Source: a virus. From it: 64,000 bases of DNA. Made by a program: the position numbers and the translations under genes. Positions within the stretch are counted from its first letter, which is position 1, and every line of letters starts with the position of its first letter. Location: IMG/VR virus record IMGVR_UViG_3300020424_000652; one strand, written 5' to 3'. Below are positions 27,634 to 37,354 of the stretch, piece by piece. The notes under the pieces were generated by a model that did no database searches, was not told where the DNA came from, and was given only the letters and a program-made list of their open reading frames with translations.

Positions 27634-29121
27634 ATGGCATATACTATAGATAGATACAGCGGAGTTACACTTACAACGGTGGAAGACGGTACAGTTGATC
27701 AAACTACCGATATTAAACTTGTTGGTAAGAATTACGCTGGATATGGTGAAATACAAAACGAGAATTTTTTACATTTATTAGAAAATTTTAGCGGTACATC
27801 ACAACCACCGAAAGCAATTTCAGGGCAAATTTGGTTTGATCAAACTGCAAGTAAATTAAAATTTTATGATGGTTCTAGATTTAGAACAACAGGTGGTGCA
27901 GAAGTAAGTGCTACACAACCAGCTGGTTTAGCCACTGGTGATCTATGGTGGGATTCTACTAACCAACAATTATATGCTTACAGCGGATCAGGATATGTTT
28001 TAATTGGTCCACAAGGTGCAGGTGCAACTGTAACACAGATGAAATCTGCAACAATCAGAGACACCACAAACACAAACAGATTAGTTATTAAAGCGATTGT
28101 CAACGACGAAGTAATATTCATTATTAGTGCAGTATCATTTACAATAGATAGCACAGATCCATCAAATGCTGTAACAGGTTTTGATGTAATCAAAAAAGGA
28201 CTTACTTTAAGAAACACAATGAACGCAACAGGAGGTGTAACAAGCACCACTGATTACTATTGGGGTACAGCAAGTAACTCATTAAAACTTGGTGGATATA
28301 GTGCATCAGATTTTGCTTTAGCAGGATCAGGAGCATTCAACAGCCTAGTTACATTTGCAGATGCTGGTATTGCCATTGGTGATTCAAGCGATTTAAAAAT
28401 TTATGTTGAAAATGACAATCAAGGAGTAATTCAAAACGAAGTTGGACAAATGATCAAGTTCAAGGTTGATGATGCACAAGGAACTGTGCATGAGCCTGTA
28501 CGTTTAGAAGCAACAGGTTTAAATCCATCAGCAAACTTACAATACAATTTAGGAACATCTACTTTACAGTACAACTCAGTGTTTGCAAGTTCTTTCAACG
28601 GAACTGCAACAAAAGCCGCTACTTTACAAGTAGGTACAAATTTTAGATCAGGATCAACTGCGGCAACAAATAACACGGTTGCAGTTAGAGACGGATCAGG
28701 TAACTTGGTAGCAAACTTATTCACAGGTACAGCTACACAGGCACAATACGCTGACTTGGCAGAGAAATATACAACTGACCAAGAACATCCAGTAGGAACA
28801 ATCATGACTATTCCTACTATGAGAGATGGCGATATGGGTGATGCCGAAATGATAGCTTGTGATTTAGATGGAATACCAACAGGTGTTATATCCGACAAAC
28901 CAGCATACTTAATGAATGCTGAAGCAGAAGGTCAAGCAGTAGCACTTAAAGGTAAAGTTCCAGTTAGAGTCACAGGTCCAGTATTCAAAGGCGATCCGAT
29001 TTATTCAAACATCGACGGTGTGGGTTCACAAATTATCCAAGATGGTAAAATGATTGGTATTGCACTTGAAACAAACGAAGACGAAGAAGAAAAATTAGTC
29101 GAAGTATTTTTGAAGGTGTAA
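27634..29121 (+). CDS. Tail fibre/spike with C-terminal intramolecular chaperone (peptidase G2/IMC-like) domain
   Basis: Shared N-terminus; C-terminal YADLAEKY...GVISDKPAYLMN...VALKGKVPVRV...IGIALE. Confidence 0.7.
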   Translation: MAYTIDRYSGVTLTTVEDGTVDQTTDIKLVGKNYAGYGEIQNENFLHLLENFSGTSQPPKAISGQIWFDQTASKLKFYDGSRFRTTGGAEVSATQPAGLATGDLWWDSTNQQLYAYSGSGYVLIGPQGAGATVTQMKSATIRDTTNTNRLVIKAIVNDEVIFIISAVSFTIDSTDPSNAVTGFDVIKKGLTLRNTMNATGGVTSTTDYYWGTASNSLKLGGYSASDFALAGSGAFNSLVTFADAGIAIGDSSDLKIYVENDNQGVIQNEVGQMIKFKVDDAQGTVHEPVRLEATGLNPSANLQYNLGTSTLQYNSVFASSFNGTATKAATLQVGTNFRSGSTAATNNTVAVRDGSGNLVANLFTGTATQAQYADLAEKYTTDQEHPVGTIMTIPTMRDGDMGDAEMIACDLDGIPTGVISDKPAYLMNAEAEGQAVALKGKVPVRVTGPVFKGDPIYSNIDGVGSQIIQDGKMIGIALETNEDEEEKLVEVFLKV

Positions 29122-29125
29122 TTAA

Positions 29126-30016
29126 ATGGCAATAGGTGATATTATCACAGCGGCAAGGTACAACAACTTGCAATCAAGAGTAGCAACGATAATGGGAACA
29201 GGGTCAGGAGACGATGGCTACGGTCAAACTCTAAATTCTGCTCAGGTTGCCGCGAGTGCAACAGTAAACGCAACTGATATGTCCACCCTTTACACAGATA
29301 TTGCAAATGGCAGAGTACACCAAACAGGAGTAACACCAACTGAGATAGCTATTATTTCACAATCAGATGTTGTGTTAGATAGTGATACTATTAATAAAAA
29401 AGGTGTTGCACAATTTGAAAATTTAACTACTACCTTAGAGAATGAAAAGTTTCAAATACATTCATCACAAGGTACAGCAGAAGCGGCCATTTCCGCTCAG
29501 TACACATCAAACTGGAATGGAACATTAGCACACTTAATAGATGTAACATTTACTGATGCAGATCATAGAAGACAATTTTTTAATGCTGGTGGAGAAATCC
29601 GTACAGCGGCAAATATTGCAAAAAACAGTCCACCTGCTAAAACACTTGACTGGATGACCATGCTTTCAAACATGGGTACAGTGAAAATGGGTTACACTTC
29701 AACAAGTGCAACAGGATCAGGATCAGGTACAACTGTTGGATTTCATGATCTAACTACATCTTTTCAGGACTTATTTGTTAAAAATGGTACTGGTTTGTAT
29801 GCGGCCAACAACTATACACTCAAAGGCAGAATAGTTGGAACCAATCAAGTTCAATTAAGAGCTGAATTTAATGACGCAAACACAGGTAATCCAAACTATG
29901 ATGAAGATGTTGAAGGTACTTTAACAAGTACGGTCACTCAATTTAGAGCAACTGGCTCTTATGTTTCTGTTCCAACACCAACTTACCAAACAAACGCTGG
30001 TTCAAACTTAACGTAA
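29126..30016 (+). CDS. Putative virion structural protein
   Basis: 296 aa, T/G/S/N-rich; closes the structural operon; RRQFFNAGGEIR motif. Confidence 0.5.
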   Translation: MAIGDIITAARYNNLQSRVATIMGTGSGDDGYGQTLNSAQVAASATVNATDMSTLYTDIANGRVHQTGVTPTEIAIISQSDVVLDSDTINKKGVAQFENLTTTLENEKFQIHSSQGTAEAAISAQYTSNWNGTLAHLIDVTFTDADHRRQFFNAGGEIRTAANIAKNSPPAKTLDWMTMLSNMGTVKMGYTSTSATGSGSGTTVGFHDLTTSFQDLFVKNGTGLYAANNYTLKGRIVGTNQVQLRAEFNDANTGNPNYDEDVEGTLTSTVTQFRATGSYVSVPTPTYQTNAGSNLT

Positions 30017-30033
30017 CCAATCACTTTTTTATC

Positions 30034-30039
30034 TAAATA
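30034..30039 (+). promoter_or_regulatory. Late promoter core heading the enzyme island
   Basis: TAAATA in the 30017-30062 gap, upstream of ATG 30063. Confidence 0.55.
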
Positions 30040-30062
30040 GTAGTAGCAACTGGATTATTACT

Positions 30063-30425
30063 ATGGATGAACGATTACAAAAAGCATTAGATTTTTCAAA
30101 CTACATGGTAACTCTTAATAACCAAAAGAGAGTGCTAAAGGAACAGTATTTTGAAAACAGAATTCATTACTTTAACGGTGGACAATTTTCTGTAACAAAT
30201 GAATTGTTATCTTTTGTAGGATTGCTATGCGAAAAAGGTGACACAACTAATATCCCTATCATTGACGATAATGATGTTCCTGTGAAAATACCTGATCTCA
30301 ATGTGTTCTTTGATGACATCATGGATGTCTACTTTCAATCTTCAAATGAATATCACGCAGAGTATGAAAAAATTAGAACTAAGAGAAAAGTTTCTGGGTT
30401 GGTAGACTATGACGAAGACAAATAA
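30063..30425 (+). CDS. Hypothetical protein (possible fibre-assembly chaperone)
   Basis: 120-aa ORF with GGA RBS; function inferred only from position. Confidence 0.4.
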   Translation: MDERLQKALDFSNYMVTLNNQKRVLKEQYFENRIHYFNGGQFSVTNELLSFVGLLCEKGDTTNIPIIDDNDVPVKIPDLNVFFDDIMDVYFQSSNEYHAEYEKIRTKRKVSGLVDYDEDK

Positions 30426-31269
30426 AGGTGCATTAATCTTTGCTAGAAACAATGCTCAGATTGATTATATAAAACAAGCACGTTTTTCTGCACAAAGAAT
30501 AAGAAAACATTTAGATATCCCAACTAGTATTGTTACTGATAGTGTTGAATATTTGCAAAACACTTACAAAGACTACAATGAAGTGTTTGATCAAGTAATA
30601 GAAGTACCATACAAAACAGAATTTACAAATAAAAAATATTTTGACGGTAGCGGAGTGTTCAAACATCTGCAATTTAAAAATGATTTACGCACAAAAGCCT
30701 ATGAACTTACTCCTTATGACGAAACTTTATTATTAGACAGCGATTATGTAATTGCAAATGATTTGTTTAAAAATTGTTTTGCACAAGAACACGATTTCTT
30801 AATATACAAAGATGCAAAGGATCTTACAAATTTCCGTGACACAGAAGAATTTCAAAAGATAAGTGATACAAGTGTAGATTTTTATTGGGCCACTGTAATA
30901 TATTTTAAAAAATCAGAACAAAACAAAATATTTTTTGACCTAACACAGCATATACAAGAAAACTGGGATCATTACAACAGCATATTCCAAGTAAACAAAG
31001 GAATATTTAGAAATGATCATGTGTTTAGTATAGCAATACACATCATGAATGGTTATCAAAAGGGTGACTTTGCACATAAGTTGCCTGGAATAAAATATTA
31101 TACAGCAGATAGAGATATCTTATGGGATCTTGAAGATGATAATTTTTTCTTTTTGTTAGAGAAACAAAATCATCTGGGAGAATATACACCTTTGCGTATC
31201 AAAGGTAGTAGTGTTCATGTTATGAACAAATTTAGTTTGAACAGAATCATAGATAAAGGAGAAATGTAA
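30409..31269 (+). CDS. GT-A fold nucleotide-diphospho-sugar transferase (GT8-like)
   Basis: YELTPYDETLLLDSD (DxD), FRNDHVFSIA, HVMNK. Confidence 0.7.
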   Translation: MTKTNKGALIFARNNAQIDYIKQARFSAQRIRKHLDIPTSIVTDSVEYLQNTYKDYNEVFDQVIEVPYKTEFTNKKYFDGSGVFKHLQFKNDLRTKAYELTPYDETLLLDSDYVIANDLFKNCFAQEHDFLIYKDAKDLTNFRDTEEFQKISDTSVDFYWATVIYFKKSEQNKIFFDLTQHIQENWDHYNSIFQVNKGIFRNDHVFSIAIHIMNGYQKGDFAHKLPGIKYYTADRDILWDLEDDNFFFLLEKQNHLGEYTPLRIKGSSVHVMNKFSLNRIIDKGEM

Positions 31270-31457
31270 TGGAAATAATCTGGGCTTTAATGTTGCAGGT
31301 ATGCAGTTCGTTAGGATGCCAAGATCAAATGGTTGCAGAATTCAACACACAAGATAATTGCCACATAGCACAATGGCAACATGAACAAATTCCAACTGAC
31401 GGTGCTTGGAAAAGTGTTGAGTATAAATGTATACCAAAAGGGAGCATAGGTGCATAA
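31269..31457 (+). CDS. Small four-Cys protein, YebW/DUF1482-like
   Basis: Hydrophobic N-terminus then VCSSLGCQD..VAEFNTQDNC...YKC; AAGGAGA RBS. Confidence 0.5.
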   Translation: MEIIWALMLQVCSSLGCQDQMVAEFNTQDNCHIAQWQHEQIPTDGAWKSVEYKCIPKGSIGA

Positions 31458-31596
31458 GATAGTTTACGTAACAGAGGAACATATTTCCTGTACAGGTGAG
31501 AATGATGATCACCCTAAGGTATATTACACACTTAAAAGTGGAGAAGCAGTATGTATGTACTGCAATATTAAATTTGTATTGAAAAAAGATGACTAA
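31450..31596 (+). CDS. zf-CHCC zinc-finger mini-protein (48 aa; not in ORF track)
   Basis: GTG start after GGGAG. MHKIVYVTEEHISCTGENDDHPKVYYTLKSGEAVCMYCNIKFVLKKDD matches the C-x-G...HPxVY...CxYC pattern and fills the gap between neighbours. Confidence 0.75.
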   Translation: MHKIVYVTEEHISCTGENDDHPKVYYTLKSGEAVCMYCNIKFVLKKDD

Positions 31597-32422
31597 AGGA
31601 TTTGTATTAATAGCACAAAACAGCGAATATGACTACGTACAACAGGCGTGTGCGTTGGCAATGAGTATACAAGCTACTAATGAAGCAAAGATTTGTTTAA
31701 TAACCAACGATAAAGTGCCATCTAGGTATGAAAAATTGTTTGATGTCATAAAACCTATACCTTGGTCCGATGATGCACAAAGCAAAGATTGGAAAGTAGA
31801 CAACAGATGGAAATTGTATCATGCAAGTCCATATGATCAAACTATTGTGTTGGATACAGATATGCTTGTACTACAAAATTTAGACAGTTGGTGGAAATTT
31901 TTAGAGAACTATGAAGTGTTTTATGTAAGTAACGTGCAAACATATCGCGGAGATACAGTAGTTGACAACTATTATAGAAAAACATACAAAGCAAACAACT
32001 TGCCAAACATATATGCAGGATTTCATTACTTTAAAAAATGTGCGTTTGCAAAAGAATTTTACACAATGTTAGAAATTGTAATGAACAACTGGGAAATGTT
32101 CTATGGCAAATATGCAAAGGAACAATATCAAAAGTTTTTAAGTGTTGATACAAGCACAGCCATTGTAACAAAAATATTAGATTGTGAAGATAGGATTACT
32201 AACAGCAGAGTTAAATTTCCTACTTTCACCCATATGAAAACACACATACAAGGTTGGAAGAATGCCAGTGCAACATGGCGCAGTAGAGTAGGTGCTTACT
32301 TGACAGACAACTTAGAACTAAAAATAGGCAACCATTTACAATCAGGAATATTTCATTACACGGAAAAAGAGTTTTTAGATGACAATAAAATTAAAAAATA
32401 CGAAAGGTATCTGAAAATATGA
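31589..32422 (+). CDS. GT-A fold sugar transferase (paralogue of 30409)
   Basis: YHASPYDQTIVLDTD (DxD), FTHMK. Confidence 0.7.
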   Translation: MTKGFVLIAQNSEYDYVQQACALAMSIQATNEAKICLITNDKVPSRYEKLFDVIKPIPWSDDAQSKDWKVDNRWKLYHASPYDQTIVLDTDMLVLQNLDSWWKFLENYEVFYVSNVQTYRGDTVVDNYYRKTYKANNLPNIYAGFHYFKKCAFAKEFYTMLEIVMNNWEMFYGKYAKEQYQKFLSVDTSTAIVTKILDCEDRITNSRVKFPTFTHMKTHIQGWKNASATWRSRVGAYLTDNLELKIGNHLQSGIFHYTEKEFLDDNKIKKYERYLKI

Positions 32423-33009
32423 AACTTTCGATAACATTAAAGAATGAGAGATTCGCTGTGTTTAATCCAGACACAGGGGAGCTACTGTCTTTGCCCAATG
32501 AAAAACCAACCCAAGGGTCTTACATACCAGTTGCTGAAGAAGATGTAAAACCTATTTTAGAGGGCAGAGACAGTATGCAATTTTATTATGTGCATTATAT
32601 TAAAAGAGCAAAAACATATGAGCTAAGACAAAGAGCAAATCATGACATTGATAGTTATTTTGTTGATGATATGATTTATGAAGTGCCAACAAGCAAACAA
32701 GATAATGCAGATATAACAATTACAAAAAATGTAAAAGATACCTGTTGGAAAGTTACAGTAGGAGGAGAATTGTACGAAAATATACTTGCACAAAAAATAA
32801 GTTTGGGCAACAGTAGGTTTAGTTTTAGTTGTACCAAGAAGGACGATCCTAATATTTTGTATAAAACAATTAAATTTACATTTGATAAATTGATAGACGG
32901 TAAGTACATTGTTGTTCCTTTCAGCGAAAAGTTTGAATTTAATAACGATCCTATTGGAGTGTATACAATTAAAAAGTTTGAAAAGTATGCGTATGAGGTG
33001 ATAGAATGA
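32419..33009 (+). CDS. Hypothetical protein
   Basis: 196 aa, coupled by ATGA overlaps on both sides. Confidence 0.5.
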   Translation: MKLSITLKNERFAVFNPDTGELLSLPNEKPTQGSYIPVAEEDVKPILEGRDSMQFYYVHYIKRAKTYELRQRANHDIDSYFVDDMIYEVPTSKQDNADITITKNVKDTCWKVTVGGELYENILAQKISLGNSRFSFSCTKKDDPNILYKTIKFTFDKLIDGKYIVVPFSEKFEFNNDPIGVYTIKKFEKYAYEVIE

Positions 33010-33899
33010 AACTAAACATAGCAGAGCAAGATATTATATTTTTAAGTTATGATGAGCCTAACTGTGAAAAAAATTATGTTGACCTTGTGTCTAAATGTCC
33101 ATGGGCTAAAAGAGTGCATGGTGTAGAAGGATCTGATGCGGCACATAAAGCCTGTGCTGAATTGTCAGAAACTAAACATTTTGTTACAGTGGATGGTGAC
33201 ACTATCATTGATCCTAATTTTCTAAATGTTGTTTTAGACTTAGATGAAATGGGAGTTGATGATGATTATCAATTTAGTTGGTGTGGCAAAATTAACATCA
33301 ATGGACTAAAATATGGTAACGGCAGTTTGAAAATGTGGACCAAAGATTTTGTTAAAAATATGAAAACGCATGAAAATACAGATGGCAGTGATGATACGCA
33401 AATAGAATTTTGTTATTTCGATAATTACTACCAAATGAATGACAACTTTAGTGAAAGTATTATTAATGCAACACCGCACCAAGCCTGGAGAGCAGGATTT
33501 AGAGAAGGTGTTAAGATGAGCTTAAACAGAGGAACAAAAGTTCAAGACGTTGCAAACGAAACATGGTGGCAAAATTATCATAGACTATTGATATGGATGA
33601 ATGTTGGCATGGACGTTGTTAATGGTGAATATGCAATACTTGGAGCAAGAGAAGGTTGCTATAAAGTTTTAGGAACAGATTGGGATCACAGTCAGACCAG
33701 AGACTTTACAATACTAAACCAACTATGGGAAGAAAAATGTTTTAAAGAATCGCCAGCTATAGAACGTATTACGCATCTTGGACAGAAATTACAAGAGCTA
33801 GAATTACCTATTAGCAAACAACCTCTTGATGCAAAGCAAAGTGAATTTTTCAAAACAGTTTACATCAACACCGAAAGGGTGCTTGGTAGAAAGTTTTAA
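33006..33899 (+). CDS. GT2-like glycosyltransferase
   Basis: IIFLSYDEP...RVHGVEG..AAH...FVTVDGD (DxD)...YGNGSLKMW...AWRAGFRE. Confidence 0.65.
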   Translation: MKLNIAEQDIIFLSYDEPNCEKNYVDLVSKCPWAKRVHGVEGSDAAHKACAELSETKHFVTVDGDTIIDPNFLNVVLDLDEMGVDDDYQFSWCGKININGLKYGNGSLKMWTKDFVKNMKTHENTDGSDDTQIEFCYFDNYYQMNDNFSESIINATPHQAWRAGFREGVKMSLNRGTKVQDVANETWWQNYHRLLIWMNVGMDVVNGEYAILGAREGCYKVLGTDWDHSQTRDFTILNQLWEEKCFKESPAIERITHLGQKLQELELPISKQPLDAKQSEFFKTVYINTERVLGRKF

Positions 33900-35278
33900 T
33901 GAGTGAATTAGATAAAATTAAACAGTTGATGCCTTTTATCGAAGATCAAACTTCGGAAACATTCTGCTTGGCCAAATGGCATCACACAACAATTTATCTT
34001 GCAACAGGCGAAACGCATAGTTGTTATCACCCTGCTCCGCATAAGATACCCTTAGAAGAACTTAAAAATAATCCAAGTGCGTTGCACAACACAATAGAAA
34101 AGAAAGCACAACGTAAGATGATGCTTGACGGTCATAAGCCAGATGGTTGTAGCTATTGTTGGAACATTGAATCTATGGGTAAAGACTTTGTAAGTGATAG
34201 ACACATTAAAACAACAAGCATTTACACAGAAGAAAGATTAGAAGAAATAAAAACAAAAGCCGCGGACTTCAATGTCAATCCAGAATACATAGAAATAAGT
34301 TTTAGTAACGAATGCAATTTCAAATGTGGATATTGTCACCCTAAAGCATCAAGTAGATATTGGAATGAAATAAAACAACATGGACCTTATGCAAAGTCTA
34401 CTGTTCATAGACAGGACATTGATTGGTTCAAGGTATATGCAAAGGAAGAAGAAAATCCTTACGTAGATGCATGGTGGGAATGGTGGCCAGAAGTAAGCAA
34501 AACTTTAAATATTTTACGTATCACTGGTGGTGAACCTTTGATGCACAAAAGTTTATGGGAACTGTTTGATAGATTAGACAAAGATCCCAAGCCACACTTA
34601 CAAATAGAAGTAAACAGCAACATGGGTGTTAAGCCCAAATTGGTACAAAAATTAACTGATACTGTTAAGAATTTGAAGAAAGATGGTAAGATTCGCAGTT
34701 TTAAATTGTACACTAGCATTGATACATGGGGACCTAAAGCCGAATATGCCAGAACAGGATTAGATATTGCTTTGTGGGAAAAGAATCTTGATTATTATCT
34801 AAGCAATACAGGTTGGCCAGTAACGTTTATGATTACATTTAATATCTTTAGTGTTACAAGTTTTCATTTGCTATTGGAAAAAATACTTGAATGGAGACGC
34901 AAGTACAACAGTGATAATAACAGCACCCAATGGCAACGCATAAGATTTGATACACCTCATTTAAAGGAACCAACTATATATGACATGAACATACTGCCAA
35001 AGGAAAAGTTTATGCCATTCATGTATAAACATTTACAATTTATGCAGGCACATCAAGATGACGCTGACAGGACAAAATTTAGTTCATTGGAAGTAGAAAA
35101 ATTTAGGCGTGTTGTTGTTTACATGGCATCAACACATTATGAGCCATTAAAGTTAGAACAAGCACACAAAGACTTTTATAATTGGTTCACTGAATTTGAT
35201 AAACGTAGAAATTGTAGTTTACCAGGTACGTTTCCTGAACTCAAAGGATTTTACAATGATTGTTCCAAAATGGTATAG
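33899..35278 (+). CDS. Radical SAM enzyme with N-terminal SPASM/Twitch-like domain (rSAM 1)
   Basis: CNFKCGYC (CxxxCxxC) and TGGEP; N-terminal FCLAKW...HSCYH...CSYCW. Confidence 0.9.
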   Translation: MSELDKIKQLMPFIEDQTSETFCLAKWHHTTIYLATGETHSCYHPAPHKIPLEELKNNPSALHNTIEKKAQRKMMLDGHKPDGCSYCWNIESMGKDFVSDRHIKTTSIYTEERLEEIKTKAADFNVNPEYIEISFSNECNFKCGYCHPKASSRYWNEIKQHGPYAKSTVHRQDIDWFKVYAKEEENPYVDAWWEWWPEVSKTLNILRITGGEPLMHKSLWELFDRLDKDPKPHLQIEVNSNMGVKPKLVQKLTDTVKNLKKDGKIRSFKLYTSIDTWGPKAEYARTGLDIALWEKNLDYYLSNTGWPVTFMITFNIFSVTSFHLLLEKILEWRRKYNSDNNSTQWQRIRFDTPHLKEPTIYDMNILPKEKFMPFMYKHLQFMQAHQDDADRTKFSSLEVEKFRRVVVYMASTHYEPLKLEQAHKDFYNWFTEFDKRRNCSLPGTFPELKGFYNDCSKMV

Positions 35279-36179
35279 TTTCAAACCTCATCATAGTCAT
35301 AAGGACGGATTGTTTGTTGATTGTAAAAAGATAATAATAAATCACAACAACATCAAACCGCCACACATTAATCAAGACGTGCAAAATACAGAATTTTGGA
35401 TCAAACGTAAAAGGAAAGAATGCACAGTAGTTCTAGGAGAGAGTTGGACATATGGCGAAAGTTTAATGAATCTTGTGTCATCTAATCAACATAAATTTGA
35501 CTTGGAAACACAAATTAACCATTGTTGGGGAACTACCACAGCTACTCTACTTGATACAGATTATTATCAATATGCAGTACCAGGTAACAACAATGCAACT
35601 ATTTTTGGAGCAGTTGAAAGGATTTTACAAACTGTATGTCCTCTATATGATACTGTGTATTTGCTGATACAGATGACAGAACCAGCCCGTGAAGAGATCA
35701 TTGTTAATGACTTACAGGAACAAAAACATCCACTTGCAAAACTTTACGACCAAGATTATGTAAAAGGAATGACGGTGAAGGAATGGTGTGTGCAAAATGA
35801 AGATATATTGTTTACACAACTAGAAACAACATTATCAAAATTTAAAAATGTTAAAACCACTGCATGGAAAAACTTTTGCACATTACAAAACAAAAATGAT
35901 TATAATTTTAAAATTTTAGAAGAAACATGGATTGAATTTAGTGCAAGGGTAAACGGACACAAAGTAAATAGCCCAGACTTTTATGTTGCAGGATGGTTAC
36001 AAAATTTTCTAAAAATATTTCCTGGTATAGAGCATACTATGGAATATTTTAATCAACAATTAGATTTGATTGAAGCATCAAATAAATTTTTAAAAGAATG
36101 TCATGACCATATACCACACCCAGGATCAGGTGCACACAAACTTTGGGGTTACAACGTATTTCAACTAATGGACAAGTAA
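35256..36179 (+). CDS. SGNH/GDSL-fold protein (possible acyl-esterase/transferase)
   Basis: LGESWT block I and C-terminal HIPHP; start reassigned to ATG 35256 after AAGGA. Confidence 0.55.
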   Translation: MIVPKWYSFKPHHSHKDGLFVDCKKIIINHNNIKPPHINQDVQNTEFWIKRKRKECTVVLGESWTYGESLMNLVSSNQHKFDLETQINHCWGTTTATLLDTDYYQYAVPGNNNATIFGAVERILQTVCPLYDTVYLLIQMTEPAREEIIVNDLQEQKHPLAKLYDQDYVKGMTVKEWCVQNEDILFTQLETTLSKFKNVKTTAWKNFCTLQNKNDYNFKILEETWIEFSARVNGHKVNSPDFYVAGWLQNFLKIFPGIEHTMEYFNQQLDLIEASNKFLKECHDHIPHPGSGAHKLWGYNVFQLMDK

Positions 36180-37354
36180 TGAGCAAAACAATTTGTATTT
36201 TACCATGGATTCATATGTACGTCAATGCCGACGGAAATGTTTTGCCTTGTTGCATAGGTGATTACAAACAACCTCTTGGTAATACACACAACAGAAGCAT
36301 AGACGATATATGGAACAGCCATGAATACAAAACATTAAGAAAACAATTAATGAATGGTGAAAAGCCTAGTGTATGTCATCAGTGCTGGAAACACGAAGAA
36401 GCAGGCAACAACAGTTCACGCATCAGTAACAACAAAAGATTCAAAGAAGACTTTCATATTGTGGATAAAACAAATACTGATGGTAGCTTAGACACCATGG
36501 ATCTACGATACTTTGATGTGCGTTGGAGCAATATTTGTAATTTTAAATGCAGAACTTGTAGTGCAACATACAGCAGTAATTGGGCAGTTGAAGATAATCA
36601 ACATGGAGACAACAAACCTGTGTACATTTTTGCAGGAGGCGACAGCAATGATAGTTTATATAATCAATTTAAACCTCACTTTAAAAATATAAAAGTTTTT
36701 TATTTTGCAGGTGGTGAGCCATTAATGACTGATAAGCATTATGAAATACTAGAACATCTAATTGAGACAGGCAACACAAAAGTAACATTAGAATACAATT
36801 CAAATGTAAGTAGATTAAAATACAAAAACAAAAGCATAATAGATTTATGGAACAAGTTTGAAAATGTTACTGTAAGTGCAAGTTTAGACAGTTGGGGATC
36901 ACGTGCAGAATACATACGTGAAGGAACTGACTGGGACAAAGTTGAAAGCAATTTGCAAACAATTAAAGAAAAATGTCCACACGTTAAGATAAGTTTTAAC
37001 ACAGTTGTAAGCATTTTTAATTTATGCACTCTAACAGATTTTTTAAAATACATCACAGCAAGGGGATTCAACACAAACAATGGCAGTTTGTATAACATTG
37101 TTGATCCTAATTATTATAGTGTTAGTGCTATGCCACAACAACTTAAAAACACAGCCAAAAGCAAGATTGAAGATTACATGAACGATAATCCTGGCAAATT
37201 TTCACATCAACTTAAAGGTGTTTTGCGTTACATAGACAATAGCAAGTTTGATGAAAATGCTTATAAGCTATTCAAAGCAAAAACTTTTTATTATGATAAA
37301 ATTAGGAATAGAGATTTTGTTGAAACATTTCCTGAATTGGTAGATGTAATTTAA
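36179..37354 (+). CDS. Radical SAM enzyme with N-terminal SPASM/Twitch-like domain (rSAM 2)
   Basis: CILPW...GNVLPCC...CHQCW, then CNFKCRTC and AGGEP; ATG 36179 overlaps the upstream TAA. Confidence 0.9.
   Translation: MSKTICILPWIHMYVNADGNVLPCCIGDYKQPLGNTHNRSIDDIWNSHEYKTLRKQLMNGEKPSVCHQCWKHEEAGNNSSRISNNKRFKEDFHIVDKTNTDGSLDTMDLRYFDVRWSNICNFKCRTCSATYSSNWAVEDNQHGDNKPVYIFAGGDSNDSLYNQFKPHFKNIKVFYFAGGEPLMTDKHYEILEHLIETGNTKVTLEYNSNVSRLKYKNKSIIDLWNKFENVTVSASLDSWGSRAEYIREGTDWDKVESNLQTIKEKCPHVKISFNTVVSIFNLCTLTDFLKYITARGFNTNNGSLYNIVDPNYYSVSAMPQQLKNTAKSKIEDYMNDNPGKFSHQLKGVLRYIDNSKFDENAYKLFKAKTFYYDKIRNRDFVETFPELVDVI

Noticed and set aside
1060-29339. Many 60-160 aa antisense or alternate-frame ORFs over the structural genes (e.g. 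14362-14766, 22711-23193, 24670-25113, 28431-28898)
   Set aside because: Fully nested in long genes, no RBS or motifs; expected shadows of the codon bias.
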